A stretch of DNA of 64,000 bases, from contig CAJFCJ010000002.1 of assembly GCA_904063045.1 (NCBI GenBank), forward strand, positions 3,281,891 through 3,345,890, written 5' to 3'. This DNA is from Dimorphilus gyrociliatus (Eukaryota > Animalia > Annelida). The notes below the pieces were generated by a model, which saw nothing but the letters and a program-made list of their open reading frames with translations, had not been told where the DNA came from and made no database searches. The translations under genes were made by a program, and so were the position numbers. This document shows positions 14,013-28,300 of this stretch, piece after piece. Position 1 is the first letter of the stretch. Every line of letters starts with the position of its first letter.

Positions 14013-16133
14013 GGGGAAGCAGAATGGGTAGGAAGGGAAGAGGAAAGAAACAGAATAGGTATAATAAAATCTATTTAAACGATACTCTATAACCTTCTCA
14101 GTCCGCAATTATAAATTCACTGTTTAAACGTAAGAAGTAAACTTAAAACGATTGATTGTAATTATATTTTATATATTGGATGTACTTTGACAAAGCGCAC
14201 CTGGAAAAGTAAAATGACAATGTAACATAATTCCCAATACACAATGTCTGAGGTAAGGACCATGAATGGATTTTACACCTGGTATGTGTAAAACATACTC
14301 TTTCTTTTCCTTTGAATGTTTGTAAATAATACTATATTCCAACAATAATTATAACTTTCAATACATTATGTGCAAAACAACGAAAATATAAGAGTACACT
14401 TCGTAAGTCAGCTGCACTAAGTTCTTATTAACCTTTTCAGTAAAAAAAAACCCCACAACGTATTCGTATATATAAAATTTCTCTTATCAAAGGTTTCAAA
14501 CAATTTGTTTGTCCAAGAATACAATCGGCTTAAAACGGGGATTAAATGGTACAGATAGTTTTTTTTATAAGAGGCTTTTAAATTGATTTAAAACAAAAAA
14601 AAAACTTCCTTTCTTACTTAAGAATTTTTATATAAATTTGAAGAAACCTGCTTCGTAAAAACAAATAGAAGCATTGGCCAGCTTTGTATCATTTTTACTG
14701 TATACATTAATCCCTAAAAATACATTACAGAAAATATAAATACTTTATTAGATAGTTTATCCTTTCGTTCTTTTTTTTTGACTTGGTATATCTTGATTGA
14801 AGTTGGATATTTTTGAAAAACAAATCCTGCTGAATTAAAGGGTTAAAGCCTCTTTGTTAATACGCTTTCTTTGTGAAAATACATGTTGTATTTTCTAATT
14901 ATCATGTCTGTAACTTTATAAATTTGCTATTGAATGGAAGACACATTGTTCAGTTAATATAAAAATACGCTACATAATATAAAAGCATGTATATATTACC
15001 ACAATTTAAGTGAAGAAAAATGGATCAATAGTTAAAAAGTACGGATCAAACTCTACATACTATCCTTTTAAGTTGCATGATATCTTTTACATGATTAAGG
15101 GGGATAGCCACGAACACTGACATAAATCAGAAAGATATACTGTTGTTAATAATAGCTGTTAAATAATGTCAATGAATTTATTGACTTTTATTTGTTACTC
15201 TGAAGTACTTTTCTTACTGTTCCATGACAAGCATCTCTTAATCTAAAATTCTAATCATAGTTAGCCGGCTAATTAATGTAATTGTAACTGTTTAGTAGTA
15301 TTGGATGAACAAAAGCGAAAGATAATACTTCACATACTAAACACAATGGACTCAGAACTGCTTCTCTTGGCTTATATGACCCGTATAGTTTCTTCTTATA
15401 TAGATGCATACTGTAATCAATATATATATTAGTATATACAGTATGCAAATGCTCATAAACGTAAATGCGAATAGATGGTAAAGTTTTGACATATAGTACT
15501 ATTAATTGGTCGGGTTTTTCTTGCTCCGGTAATTAATTTAACGGCTCTTTGAACATAATTTTATAACCGGCGGCGTCTCTGTGGCTTGAAGATATCTCAT
15601 ATCGTTTGTAAAGATTTACTAAATAGGAGGTTTATAGGATAAAAATTTCCCTCCTTCCTCTCCCTCAAGAGTAACTGGCGTTTAATATACGAAGAATTAA
15701 TTAATGTAAGTCAGCCAATTACTATAATTACTATGGAAGCACATCGTTTAGAATCTTACACGTGAGGAGAACGTGTAGTGCCACACCCTCTTTCTATATT
15801 ATAAAAACATACATAAGGGCGTCTCTTACCCCCGGCAAAGTTTTTTGTTCGTGTAAGGCGTTTTGCGCTTTCAGAGCACTTTCTTTTGAGCAATACGTTA
15901 AAAAGGCACATCCTGTAAAGTAAATAAGGATACAACCAAAAAAAATAAACAATTCCTTAAGACATACAGTAGAAAAATCGATTTATACCTTTATGAATAC
16001 CAGTGTACTTATCCTTCAGAATCGTCAACTCGTAAATTTGCCCAAATTCTTCAAAAACTGGTCGTAAATCCTTCTCCTCTAAGCTTCTAGGAATCTGACC
16101 AACGAACAATTTTATAGCGTCTTGATCTTTCAT
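5414..16133 (-). CDS. CELF4: CELF3-6 (bruno-3/unc-75-like) RNA-binding protein, 3 RRMs, 428 aa; exons 15989-16133, 15830-15912, 7565-7613, 6862-6990, 6576-6746, 5414-6123
   Basis: Spliced translation gives [23 protein letters not shown]...[65 protein letters not shown]...SKG/CAFVKF...[24 protein letters not shown]/...[16 protein letters not shown]...[17 protein letters not shown], the hallmark sequences of the CELF3-6 subfamily. All introns are GT-AG and phases match (total 1287 nt). The symbol is the nearest vertebrate paralog; one-to-one orthology is not claimed and an additional upstream exon is not excluded. Confidence 0.95.
7215..7230 (-). CDS. Candidate alternative first coding exon of CELF (MVHGA, phase 1) splicing to exon 6862-6990
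   Basis: AAACA-ATG GTG CAC GGA GCA G|GTAACG: good start context, canonical donor, phase matches the downstream exon (G|AG GAC = E-D). ETS-type ACCGGAAGT at 7266-7274 just upstream. Confidence 0.5.
7676..7711 (-). CDS. Candidate alternative first coding exon of CELF ([12 protein letters not shown], phase 0) splicing to exon 7565-7613
   Basis: ATG at 7711, 12 codons, donor AGA|GTAAGG, then a 62-nt intron (7614-7675, the typical size in this window) to the TTTTTTTCAG acceptor; lies in a CpG-rich patch. Confidence 0.45.
12701..12758 (+). repeat. (CT)~29 microsatellite within a wider CT-rich tract (about 12630-12815)
   Basis: Direct reading of the sequence; it generates the spurious SL/ER-repeat ORFs in the track. 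Confidence 0.95.
13951..14008 (+). repeat. (GA)~29 microsatellite within a wider purine tract (about 13850-14050)
   Basis: Direct reading of the sequence. Confidence 0.95.
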
Positions 16134-16187
16134 TCTCCTCTTCGTGAGTTTGTCTGACGTTCCACGCCCTTCTTTTTCCAAACGAGA

Positions 16188-16199
16188 TGCGCACGCGCA
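16188..16199. promoter_or_regulatory. NRF1/EWG-type element upstream of the CELF start codon
   Basis: TGCGCACGCGCA matches the YGCGCAYGCGCR consensus, 55 nt upstream of the ATG at 16133; function is inferred. Confidence 0.4.
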
Positions 16200-19100
16200 T
16201 GTATTAAAACTAAAATAGGCCTATTTACAGTTTGTATTTGTTTATAAAAGATGAATGTTAAAACACGCCTTAAGCTACATATAATTTAAAGGGTTAACTT
16301 GCTTTTTGGAGTCGGTTAATTGTTTCATGACGGAGAGAGGAGAGAGTGCGACTTATAAGTAATTTTTCGCGTGATTAATAAGTAAATAAGCAAGTTTACG
16401 TGCTTATAATAAATGTTTAATTAAGCAGAAAGAAGATAAAGATGAAAAAAATTCAATATTGAATTTTTACATTCGCACCAAAAAGAATATTTTACAGCTA
16501 TTATATTAATAGATCTTTACGTACGCGTTTAGGTAGAGCACATACACTTGTATGCAATGTGTAAAACACGGTGTTTACTCTCCAGTTCCCACCGGTTGTT
16601 CGCTCTGTTATACAGTTATTTTTCTCTTTCGCATTTAAATGCTTTATGTGCACATCTAAATGTATTTTTACAATAGAAATTATAAATTCTTGTTTTATTG
16701 TTTATATATTATATATAAAGAAAGCAAACTTTTAATATTATTCAATTTTCAATCTACAATGTCAATTTATTTCATCTTTTAAATGCAAATCATATGTCTA
16801 TAAAAAGTGTAATTTACTTGTGCATCATTATATCTTTTTAAAAGAGATATAAGATGGTGAATTCTATAGAAAAATTGGTAGAGCTTTTTCTTCTTCTTTT
16901 CCTCCTTGACAAACATTGCTGTTTGTGTTTTTTAGATTTATATGTGTACATTATATTTAGTTTATACAGTATATATATTATATACCGATATATGCATATA
17001 TATAATTATATACAGTATATGTATATGCACATTCTATCCAAATACGAATGTACACGTGCTTGTGTACATAATACAATATAGACATTATTTTAGACACAAT
17101 ACATAGAGCTATATTTGTTTTTGTATACTTTTTCACGTTTTCCAGGCAGCGAATTACAAAGAAGTAAAGAGACGCGGTAATTGTTAGATTTTAGCAAATT
17201 AGTCTGCCATATAAATGTATACATAGAAAGTAAACATTTCAGATGCGAATGTGTTTTTTTATAGACTCTAATAATCTATACCATTTTAGGATCTATCCTT
17301 TTTAAATAGTGCTAATTAAGCATAAATTTTCAAAATTTGTTGTGTTTAAAGGCACTAGAACTAGATATATATACTGTATATATATATAGATTTATGTATC
17401 TATGTACAGCGCTTACACTTTCATATATATATAGTATAATACTGTCTAATATGACAAACCAAGATTAGAGAACAGATAAGAACAGATTAATGAAACTAAA
17501 CAAATAAACAATGATAAATAATACGTTAAGCGTTTCTTTTTTTCTGTACATATACATAGCGTGTGGAGATTAAGTAAATGTTTCGTAAAATAAATTACAT
17601 CGTACTAAAGAGAGTGTAGACTAATCTACTGTGGTTCGATTTTGCCTATTAGAAAAGGACGTACATGTCGCTTAGGCGACATATTTACGATTATTATATC
17701 ATTATTTATTCAAACTGTCTTCCATCAATGACCCGGTGTTTGTATCGTTTATCCTGGTTAATTACTCATTTATAATTATGAACATTGTTTAAATAGTCTA
17801 CTTTAAAATAGCTGATTCTGAAAAATTATTATACAATTTTTCAACCTAGTTATTACAATAAGCTAGTACAATCGTAATTGTTTATATTTAAATATTAGCT
17901 AATTATGCATATCATTGTTTTTATTTATTTAGTCTATAATATTAGCTTCTTTTTAGAATTAATAACGGAAATTAAAAGTTATGGAAATAATTGTAAGAGT
18001 TAAGAAGAAAAAGAAAGGGGGAAGGGAGGGGGTTTTCTAGAATGATATAATAGATGCTTTCTTTGTTTCGTTCTTTCTCCCTTTAAACAGCCACCCCCGT
18101 GCGTTCGTGCGTTTTCTCTGTGTGTCAGCCTTTCGCTTGAGCTTCTCTCCCCGTTTCTCTACCTACCCCCTACCCTCCCCCTACCTCGCCTCTCCCTCTC
18201 GCTCTCTATTTTACTTATCTCTTTCAATTTCCTAAACTTCTGACTGATAATCAATCACTTTGGGCGAGTGCTTATCTGACAAAAATTTATCGTATAGGTA
18301 GTATTTGTTGCCGAAATAATGATTAGGTAACGTTCGTAGGTAGTATACAATCAGCTCCATCTGTCGTTCATCCATATGAAAAAGCAGGTGGTGATTTTAT
18401 CAACAAGGGGCCAGGTGATGATTATTTTCAAGTTCATATTGGAATTGAACAAATAAAAAATTGAATACTAGATACTGTTACACTCTTAAATTATTGAATA
18501 TTCTTTTATTCATATTGATCCCGTTATAAAATTCTATCATACTGCTTTACAAAAAGACTTTAGCGGAAATTAAAAAATAAATCGCCCTTTTTCTCTATAG
18601 ACGCTTATCTATTCATTCATATTTTTCTCGGAAAATTGTTCTTTAACAAATAATTGCTGACAGTCTTCTTACGAAACCTAAGCAAAACATTTGTTTAATC
18701 CTTTGTTCAGTTTAGAATATTATGCAATCTACTTTTCTCTTAACAATGTACTTAGTTAACACCTTTTTTCTTTATAATATGACACCTGTTTTGAATCCTT
18801 CTTATTTAAATAACAATATCATTATTAAGGACGCAACTAGACGCTTTTTTAATGAGAGAATTTCTTTTAGTTCTGAGGAAGAAAACTACGTGACAAAAGA
18901 CTAATAAACTACTTTAAAATATTCTCCGCGGCATTGCAAAATGAGCAAAGACTTGTTAATTAGACAGTTGATAATTAACAACAGTTATTATTTATTAAAA
19001 ATTTAGTGTTTGTACTTAATTTATTACATAGTCATTAGCTTTTAATAAACCCTCTCTAACTATTTTCTATAAATATGTTAATCTTACTTAAAAGCGTAAT

Positions 19101-19241
19101 AGCATATTATAATATTATACAGACTGTTTCCCTAATTGAAAGCTTTAAAACTGTTATTATAGGTGATAAAAGTTAAATTCTGATTCCATAGATCATAGTT
19201 CACGTTTCTCATCTCATTAGTAGAATAGCTTCCTTACGAAT

Positions 19242-19247
<6 letters not shown>

Positions 19248-19276
<29 letters not shown>
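19248..19276 (+). repeat. (GA)n microsatellite
   Basis: Direct reading. Confidence 0.9.
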
Positions 19277-19281
<5 letters not shown>

Positions 19282-22200
19282 GCAGGAACACAGGCAGATA
19301 GATAGACTATTATATTTTAATAGAAGCGTAAGAATAACCCTTCCAAAGTATCAGGATGTCAGTGAATGTACAAAACGAGCTGAAAGAAAATTAAATACAA
19401 TACAGATTTCATATTTCTTCAAGTCTAAAATGAGTAATTTATCAATAAGATAGAAGAGTTCTTTTTTATTTTAGCAGAGTTAAAGATTTTTACTAGTAAA
19501 TCTTAGTTAAAGATTCTTCAAAACAGACAACATTAAAGGCAAGTATAAATAGTATTTGAAAAAAAATATTACTTAGACAGGTAATATAGGTCTAATACTT
19601 TGAAATCAAATTTAATCCTTTGTAGCGAAAGCTTTTTATGCGTTTAATGGCTTATATATGCGTTTCATTTGTACTCTTCTCAAAATAAGAAGTTTTGTAT
19701 TATAAATTACATATAATTTTAAATCCCTCATATTTCTTGATACTTTTTTCTATTATAATTATTAAAAGATGCTAAACTCTCAACTATATTATACGATTGG
19801 GTGATTGGGTAGAGAATTAATTCAGTATAACTAAAGGAAATAAGAAGATACCTGCGTGGATAGTTGTTTTATGGGAAATATATTTTCTAGACAATCCAAG
19901 TCTGTCAAAACTTTTACTCCATCCCAATGAATGAACAGCTGTAGTGAGTATTTACCAGTACCTAGAAATGGATTTCGGTACTGATATCATCTCAATACAA
20001 ACAAACTATACGCAATGCATTATCTAAAAAACGCACATCTGTCTAAAAAACCAGCATTGTATACACTACAAACACAGTTAGATATAATTAGATACATTGC
20101 AGTTTTTATAATTAAAATGTAATATAGTATATGTGTATTTAAAAAATATACATTAATCATTATCAACTTTACTCTTGGTTATAGGTTTCTATAGGTGTCT
20201 ATTATCAAAACTTCTGGTTCTCTAACTATATGGTGCCTTATGAAAAAATGTAAGAAACATTATTAAAAGAATCTTATAACTAGCTTTTCATTCTGTATAA
20301 TAAAGAAGTAAAGTAATTGCATGGAAATATGAGACGTTTTACCGACTTACTTTCTATGTTTGCGGTTTATTAACAATTGAGAATTGTTTCTCATAGAATG
20401 ACAAACTCATTACTTCTTTATTATTCTAATTATATTTACAAGAATTATATATAAATATAATAATGTAGTTTCATTATTATCTTTTCAAGCCTTGAATAAC
20501 GAATGAAGATAATAAAAGTTATTAGTTTTTAATGTGGAGAACTTGTAATTTTTTGTTATAAATGGAAGAAAAGCATATATCAATTTAGAAAATGTATAGA
20601 TTTCAGCTTGAGGCATTTTTTTTACATTAATAGTATTAGAACTTGACACATTGTCATTTATCATAAAGGTAATTTTTTAATTTTTTTTCCTTAGCATAGA
20701 AATATAAAGATTTATTGATAATTGATTCATCAAATACATATAACTGTGACAGAGGTAAAGATTTCTTAATATAATACTTTACGGAAAGGGTTTAATGGTA
20801 TTAATATAGATTAAAAAGGCTAATGGATATTAGCAGCAACACATGACGCAAATCAAGATATTCTCCGCTAACGTAAAGTGCAGATTGTATAGACTTTTCC
20901 TTAGAAAAGTCGTCTGATAAAGCTTAAATACATGATTTTTAGGAACATGTGAAAAGTATCGAATAATATCTATCTTTCCTTTAATACATAAGGTATTAAG
21001 TTTAAATTAAGGGAATAAGAGAATAAATAATTTTGATAATGATACAACAGATTTGATAATAATATAGTTCATAGATCAATATCTATAGAAAAGATACTCC
21101 TGTTTCTAAATGGGTGAGATTTGAATTTCTTATTTTTTCAGTTGTAATTGGATATATATATAAATGTCTATTTATAAACTTTACCAACACAAACAAAAAA
21201 TTAACACGAATAAAGCAGAGTCGAGATAATTATTTAAAATATGATTAGGTTTTTTATTTCTCCTTCTCATATTTTAACACAAATCTTACTTGGAAATGAT
21301 TACTTGTTCAATATATAATGTACATTGGGAATTTTAAGTTCTTGACATTTCTTGGTATTCTCTCAAGGTATTTCCTTTGGTACTAGATTCTCAAATGTTT
21401 AGAAAGAGTGCATTTAATTTTTCTACTTTGCACTCGGAATTACTCTTATTATTCGTGTGAATTTTTACCGTTTTATTCTCTGGAGTTTTTTTTATCATAT
21501 AATACAAACAATACAAAGGTATAGAATGCTAATAAACCCAAATACAATAAAAGCAATTGGTAATATAATATAAAATTTTGCTAAAGTTGGGGTAACTGTG
21601 AAAGTTGAGCATCTATTCTTTCTATTAATTTGATTTCCTTCTTGTACAATTACTAGTATTATAAAAGAAATAAACTAGTTAAATGACCAGAGTAAAATTG
21701 TTCCCTTTTTGTTATCATACTTGTGGGTTCCTATAGCCTGTGAGTAATTATGAATCGTCCAGGTGTTCCACACTGAATTGAGTCTACTTTAAGGTATAAG
21801 AAGAATAAGTTTCCTCCGTAATATGTCTTTATTACAATTGTATAAATCATCAATTATCGCATTAAAAATTGAGAAATGATTAACTTAAATCCTGAAATAA
21901 ATAGATTTGCAATGTGAATAATTATCGGCGTTGTTTAAGTGATTCTTTTTTATCCGCCTATTCCTCTTATAAGGTAAACTTTATGTTTGTTAGTTAGTGT
22001 ACACTGCTTTCCTTTTCATAAATATTTGTATAAAAGTGTTGCATTAAGGCTTTTCATTAAGAATATATAACAAAGCCTAAAGAAAAATTGGTTTGCACTT
22101 CTAAACTTTTCTAATGTTAGATGCAATTTTCTTTAGTTTTTTGCATTAAGTCTTATAAAATATTAAGACAATCTTTTATATTTGTTTATTTGGATTTAAA

Positions 22201-22381
22201 TAAAAAAAAGAGCACTGACAAACAAATCTATCAAATTATATTCTTTATCAAGCACCATCTTGCTCTGTTACAGGATCAATCAATCACATTAACTATTTAT
22301 AATTATATAGATTTTTAAAGTTCATCGTTCAAAGTTATATTTGTAAATTTTTTAATAAAAATTATAAAATTAATTGAATTA

Positions 22382-25300
22382 TTACTTCTTATTTTTTATC
22401 CTAACGTATTGTGCAATTAATGACGAAATATCGGCACCCTGAAGAAAAATTTGAAATCATTAAGTATACATTGTTAACATAATAATAGAAATTATTTTAT
22501 ATTTATACTTGATTTGTTTGTATTCTAGTGATTTTTTGTTGCATCAAGTCACCACATCTTAAATCTAACCAATGCTTTCCTTCAGATACATAATGATGAG
22601 CAGCAACAACTTTAGTTAAGCTATAGGTGACAAGAGTTTCCTGTTGGGAAAATTATTAATATAATTGAAGATTTATATATCTTATATCTTGTTGTTTACT
22701 TACGTGAGTTTTTGAGTGTAAAAAGTGAACGCCATGTTTATTTATAGCAATTAAACATTCGTTCTGAACTCTTGGATCATTAACACTCTGAAAAATTTAG
22801 TAAAAGAAATAATTAATACTTTAATAAGTCTTAATAGTAAAATTCATTCTTTACCTTGGCTGAAAAAAAGGTTGTACCAAAAAGAGACCAATTGGATAAT
22901 ATTTCTATAAGATTTAAGAAAGAAAAATAGATTATTACTTTAGAATATATGGAATATACAGCATTTACACATATTCAAATAAAGTAGATAATAAAAGAAA
23001 CAATCTTATTTATATCTCACCTAAGAATAGTTTCTTTGATTGCAGAGGATCTAATGAATATTCATCTGCATAAAAATTAATCATCTTTCTCCACCTATCT
23101 GGATTCATGTCATCCCAATGCAAAGCATTCATTGGAACAAGATATCTAACTTGATCCGATGAATCGAGAAAAACTTTTTCGGAAGCGAGCAGTTGAAGTG
23201 CCGCTAATTTAGCAATATGCTTCCTCGTTTCAGAAGTAATAGGCTCAGAAGTTACTAGAAGTAGACCGTCATCGTAATCTAAAACGCTCTGAGTATACAT
23301 CACGTCTAAGTAGAGTGGAATAGCTTCCTTCAGCCTTAAGTCAAAAATCCAGGAAGTTCTCTGGAATAAGAGGAAGAAATCTTGGTTTTGCTTTTGGAGT
23401 TCGGTTGTGATGTCAAATATATATTCATTTTCTTCTAATGGCGAATAACGTTTGTCTTTTTCAATTACGTAAAAGATTGAAAATTCTTCTCGTTCCACTG
23501 GCTCAAAGACATTTAATTGTTCGCACAGCTGCTCAATACAATCTTTAACAACAGTAGTACTTTTAATGCTTAAAGTAACAGGAGCTGTTCCAGGAAGCTT
23601 AAAAGTTTGCTTCTTGGCCAGTCTTCCTCTAGTTATGGCTTGAATTTCACTTCTTGATGGCACATTTCTCCTTCCGCCATATGTCGTCGTCTTCCTTAAA
23701 TTACTCAGGACAATTTGAGCGGTGGGTTCATGTTGATTGCTCTCTAAATAATTGAGTAAGTGAGGTCGAAGTTTATCGGAACAGTCAAAGAAGGCTGCTA
23801 CAATGGACATTAAACGCCATCCTTGAACTTCACTTCCGGCCCTTGTACTTCGATTTTTATTAGTTTGTTTAGCCAGTTGACAATATACTTCGTTTCGTAT
23901 ATCACGGGTTTTATAACAGTTCTATTAAAGTAAACAACTATAAAAATTTTGTAAATTCTATATTAACTCCTTTCATACCCTTAAAACTGTTATTACACAG
24001 TCGATTTCTACCATGTTTTGGTCCAGTGGATAATCTCCCATATATTGCATAATTGCTGAAGGTTTCGCAAAAAATTAAATTAATAATGGCGCATTTTCCA
24101 GTATTTTTTCCATCGATTCAGTACATTAAAAAAAAATAAAATTTGTAACTCACCAATGAAACATTCGAGAGCTATTTTATTCATTTCAGGCGATTCATAT
24201 TTAATAAGTGAAACTTGAATGGGTGACTATATATTTTAGTGAAAAAAAGAATAATATTAGTGATCGTTTTTTCTCATATTATGGAAACAAAGATAGAAAG
24301 AAATGTAACACCAAAATAATAACAATAATAATTGTAATAATACAACAATGAAGTTAAATTTTGATTATAAAAAATTTCCTTACCGGTGTCCAACTAACTG
24401 CCTCAACCTCATTAAAATCTTTATACCCTAAAAACAAGAAAAAACAATTGTATATACGGTAACCATAGAAAAGGATATCTTTTATGATTAAAGAGATTAC
24501 ATAGATCTAAGAAAAAAAAAAAGAAAGGAAGAGCAAACAGTAAGCAACTGTAATTTACAAAAAAAAGAGGAAAAAAGAATAAAAAGAGGAATATAGTGAA
24601 CAAGAATGTGAAATTTTAAGAAATGGGGTTAGGATATTAATTTTCTCTCCAACTAAAGGGTTTACAAATTAAATATATTGAACCTTTCTTCTTATCTTCC
24701 ATCTTCTTCATATTTTTTGCCTTTAATGAATTGAGTAACTTAAAAGAACCATGGATCGACCCAGTCTCATCACCTCTTTTCATCTCGTATCTAGATTAAA
24801 TAAAGGGTTCGTCATGCAAAAGGAAGGATTTTTTTTTCATAGAAAAAAGAAAATAATAAATTTAAGTAGGGCAAAAAAAAAAAAACAAGGATAGGTAAAC
24901 TGATTTTCTCTGGAAAATTATCTTTTTCATATATATTTCTAAAAGTATTTAAAAAAAATAGATAAAAAATGATAAATTTACTTCTTAAGGAAATCAGTTA
25001 AAAAAATGTGCAAAAGAGATATTTTTATATGTGTAGGTGTGGGTGTTCTATGTCACCGACTTGTTTATTATTTATATTAATACTTTAATATTTTCAAACA
25101 CTTACATCTGTCTCGCCATCATACATATTTGGAAAGTAACATTTTTGGTTAATTAAAAAAGTAATGATATTAAATTCAGTGTATGACTGACTAGTTTCTT
25201 TTTTGACAATTAATAGATAAAGAAAAAAACATCAAAACCCTAGTCAATGCATCTTGTTTTCTTTTTTAAGTATTAAATATAGAGGAGTAAATATATAACA

Positions 25301-28300
25301 TGGACTCACCTATAGCTCTCCTTTCTAAAGTACAAATTAGCAAATTGCATCATTGAATATTTTGGGCTAATGGTATCGTCATATGCAATGTCGCTGTTAT
25401 TCGTTGGTGACATAGCTCTTTTCAGCTGATAACCGGCAACCGACTTTACGTGGTCGTTTGGAAAAAGTCCAGCCCTTCCATGACAAGATCCATATAACCA
25501 GCCTTTATCCAATTGCATATTACGATTTGTCAATTTGATTAGGTCGCCCTTTTCAAATGATAAAAGGGTCGATTCTCTTGTATAATAGTTTTTAATCGCT
25601 TTAACCCATACAGAATCTCTCTCAGACTCAATACAAAAAGCGACTATCATATTTGCTAATTTTTCCGCTCTCTTTGTATACACAATTATATACTGATTTT
25701 TTACGTGAATTTGAACAGTGAATGGCTTGGGGACGCTAGCATCAATTACTTGATCGAACTCAAATCGATCGATAATTCTTAGCTGGTCCTCAAATATATC
25801 TCTTTCCCTTGTTAAGAGGACAATTCCATTCGACCCAACGCCTACTAGCTGAACATCTGGATTAATTCTTGATGGCTTAACAGCAAACATTCGGCAAAAG
25901 TAAAACGGCCATTCCCTTGCTTGATCGATTACATAGCGTTTTAATTGAGTTTTGTGTTTGCCGTTGATTGATCTTAGAGTGACGCCGTGTCCTTCCAATT
26001 TACTTTTCATTCTCATTTTAACGTCTTTTTCTATTCTAATGCATGAATTAGAATAAACATCACGCACTATTTGGCTAAAAATCATGTCCTCTAGAGTTGG
26101 GTCATCTAATGTTTCAACAGGACTAAAAACTTCCTTCCTTACATATAGATTCCATGGTACAGAGACATATGTTAAAAATGGTGCGTTTAGTGGAGGTAAA
26201 AGTTTCGTTTTTACGCTTTCCTGTCTTCTTAAATCAGTCGCCTCTTCTGGCTCGCTCAATTCCGAGGGAGTTGGAGAAATAGTAGAAGGCGCTCTGACTG
26301 GTTCTAATGTTTCTCTTTTCTCAATTACTCTTTCGACAACGCGAACTGGAGTAGTGGATCTAGGAGCAGGTTCTAGCTTTACCAATTTTTCTACTTCTTT
26401 TACAGGGACTGGCTTTGCTTCAACGATTAGGGGAGCGGGTGGGGGAGTTTGTGCGATGGGAGCTGGAATAATTACTCGAGGTTGAGGCTGAGGTGCTTTT
26501 TTCGGTGGGGGTTGGGGGTCAACAGGGCTCTTTTGAGCAAACTTTGCGGCTAATATGGCAGATTTCTCTTTCATGTCTGTACCCCTTCCTGATATGTTTC
26601 TTTTAACTTGCGATTGTCTTTCTTCCTGTGTCTCATCTATGGTCAAACGGCCTACTCTAATAGTATGCTTTTTCTCTTCTTCTTTGGGGGGAGGCCATTG
26701 AATTCTACCGACTTTTACAATGTCACCTCTCACTTTAGAAGTGGAGGGTGAGTGACCATTAACTTGATTAAAGGATTGGCCATTTTGAACTTGTGGTTTA
26801 ATGGGTGTCGGTTTAATTATTTCCGGTTTTGGTGATGTGGGTGGTGGTGATCTTATTCGAGGTGGAGAGTTAAACACAAGGGGTCCTGACATTATAACGG
26901 GTGAAAGTGGGCCAGTTGGGGAAAGTTGCTGTTTAACTATTTCAACTTTGATCTGTTCGTTTTGCAGTTGCTTTTGAAGGATTTGATTCTGCAACATCTG
27001 TTCTTGAAGTTGTGCTTGAAGCTCTTGAGCAGTCTAAAACAAAGAAAAAAAAAACAGCACAATATTTAAAAGGTATTCTATAAAAGAATTATTAATTCTA
27101 TTCAGATCCGGTAGATGGAAGCAAATTACACTATATAAAATACAAATATATTCTTTATTGATTTTTAGGAAGCTTTTTCTAAAATATTCGATTTTAGCAA
27201 AATTTAATAGGATAAGGAAACAATTACCATCAAGTGCCACTTCATCGATTTATCATTTATTATGAAATATTCAATAAAATGCTATTTTTTAAAAATATTG
27301 CTAATGAACATGTGGCGTTTAGTTTATATGTTTGGAGATATACAGCATACAGCATACAGTACAGTATATAATTAAATGATTGGTTCTATTAATTTCCAAG
27401 AATCTTATACAAGATAAGGAAAAATTTTGGACTATCTCTTTTGGATAGGCTTTAAAAAAGTCTAGTACTGTTGTAAAATGGCTAAAGCAATCATTGTCAA
27501 ATTTTTAAAAAACTTCCTGCTTACCGTTGTATATTTGTCATTCTGAGTCGCATCTTCACCACCACCTCTAATATTTTTCTCGAGCAAACTGATATCATTT
27601 AAGTCATCTTGATCAGTACTGATATCTTCAAAAAGATTATCAACCCATCTGTCCATATCGGATGGGGCTCCGCTCCTTTCGTCATCTTCGTCGTCTTTTT
27701 TCCTATCTTTTGCATATCGTCTATTAAGTCTAGAAGTAGATGCGAGAATATCCTCTGATGGTGCATCTAGGTCTTTGTGAACGTAACGAATGTTCAAAGC
27801 ACTGTTCTTTGACAAGAAAGGGTTAGTTTTGTCATGGTGAGAATTGAGAACACTTTTCTTGGACACTAATTCATGAGAAGAGTAAAGTGATTCGCTAGAT
27901 TGCATGGATGATGTGTATTTAAAATAGCTTGTAGGGTGAGGAGGTGGTCTAGGTGTTGTTGGAACTGGTTCCTTTAATTCAGGAACATTGAGTTCGACAA
28001 GCCGAGCAGCTTCGACATTATGAGGAGAGTTTAGAAAGTCATCTCTTTTGGAAGACGATGGATCTTTTGATCTGTCAGTTGTTACTAACCAGTGAGCATG
28101 TGTATATGGGAAGAAAGGAACAACTTCCATTTCTCCTATTGCATCTAAAATATAGTCAAAGCCTGACAATTCAAATGAGTCATGGCGCTCAAGCAAAGCT
28201 ACTGTCCATCCTCTAGACGATTCGTTTGAAACTCCTCTTTGTCTGAGAATACCGTCGGCTAATTCTTCAGCTGTTGTCCAACTGTGAACGTGACCTGTAG

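Noticed and set aside
12536-14108. Track ORFs made of SL or ER repeats (12536-12858, 13749-14108)
   Set aside because: They are translations of the (CT)n/(GA)n microsatellites inside the CELF intron.
18290-18360. let-7-like fragments (AGGTAGTA, TATACAATC)
   Set aside because: The match to mature let-7 is only partial and no pre-miRNA hairpin forms.
19800-21960. Series of 40-59 codon minus-strand frames downstream of the myosin stop, one with a TM-like stretch
   Set aside because: I could not link them by valid splice sites and recognised no domain; consistent with AT-rich 3'UTR/intergenic DNA, although a decayed gene is not fully excluded.
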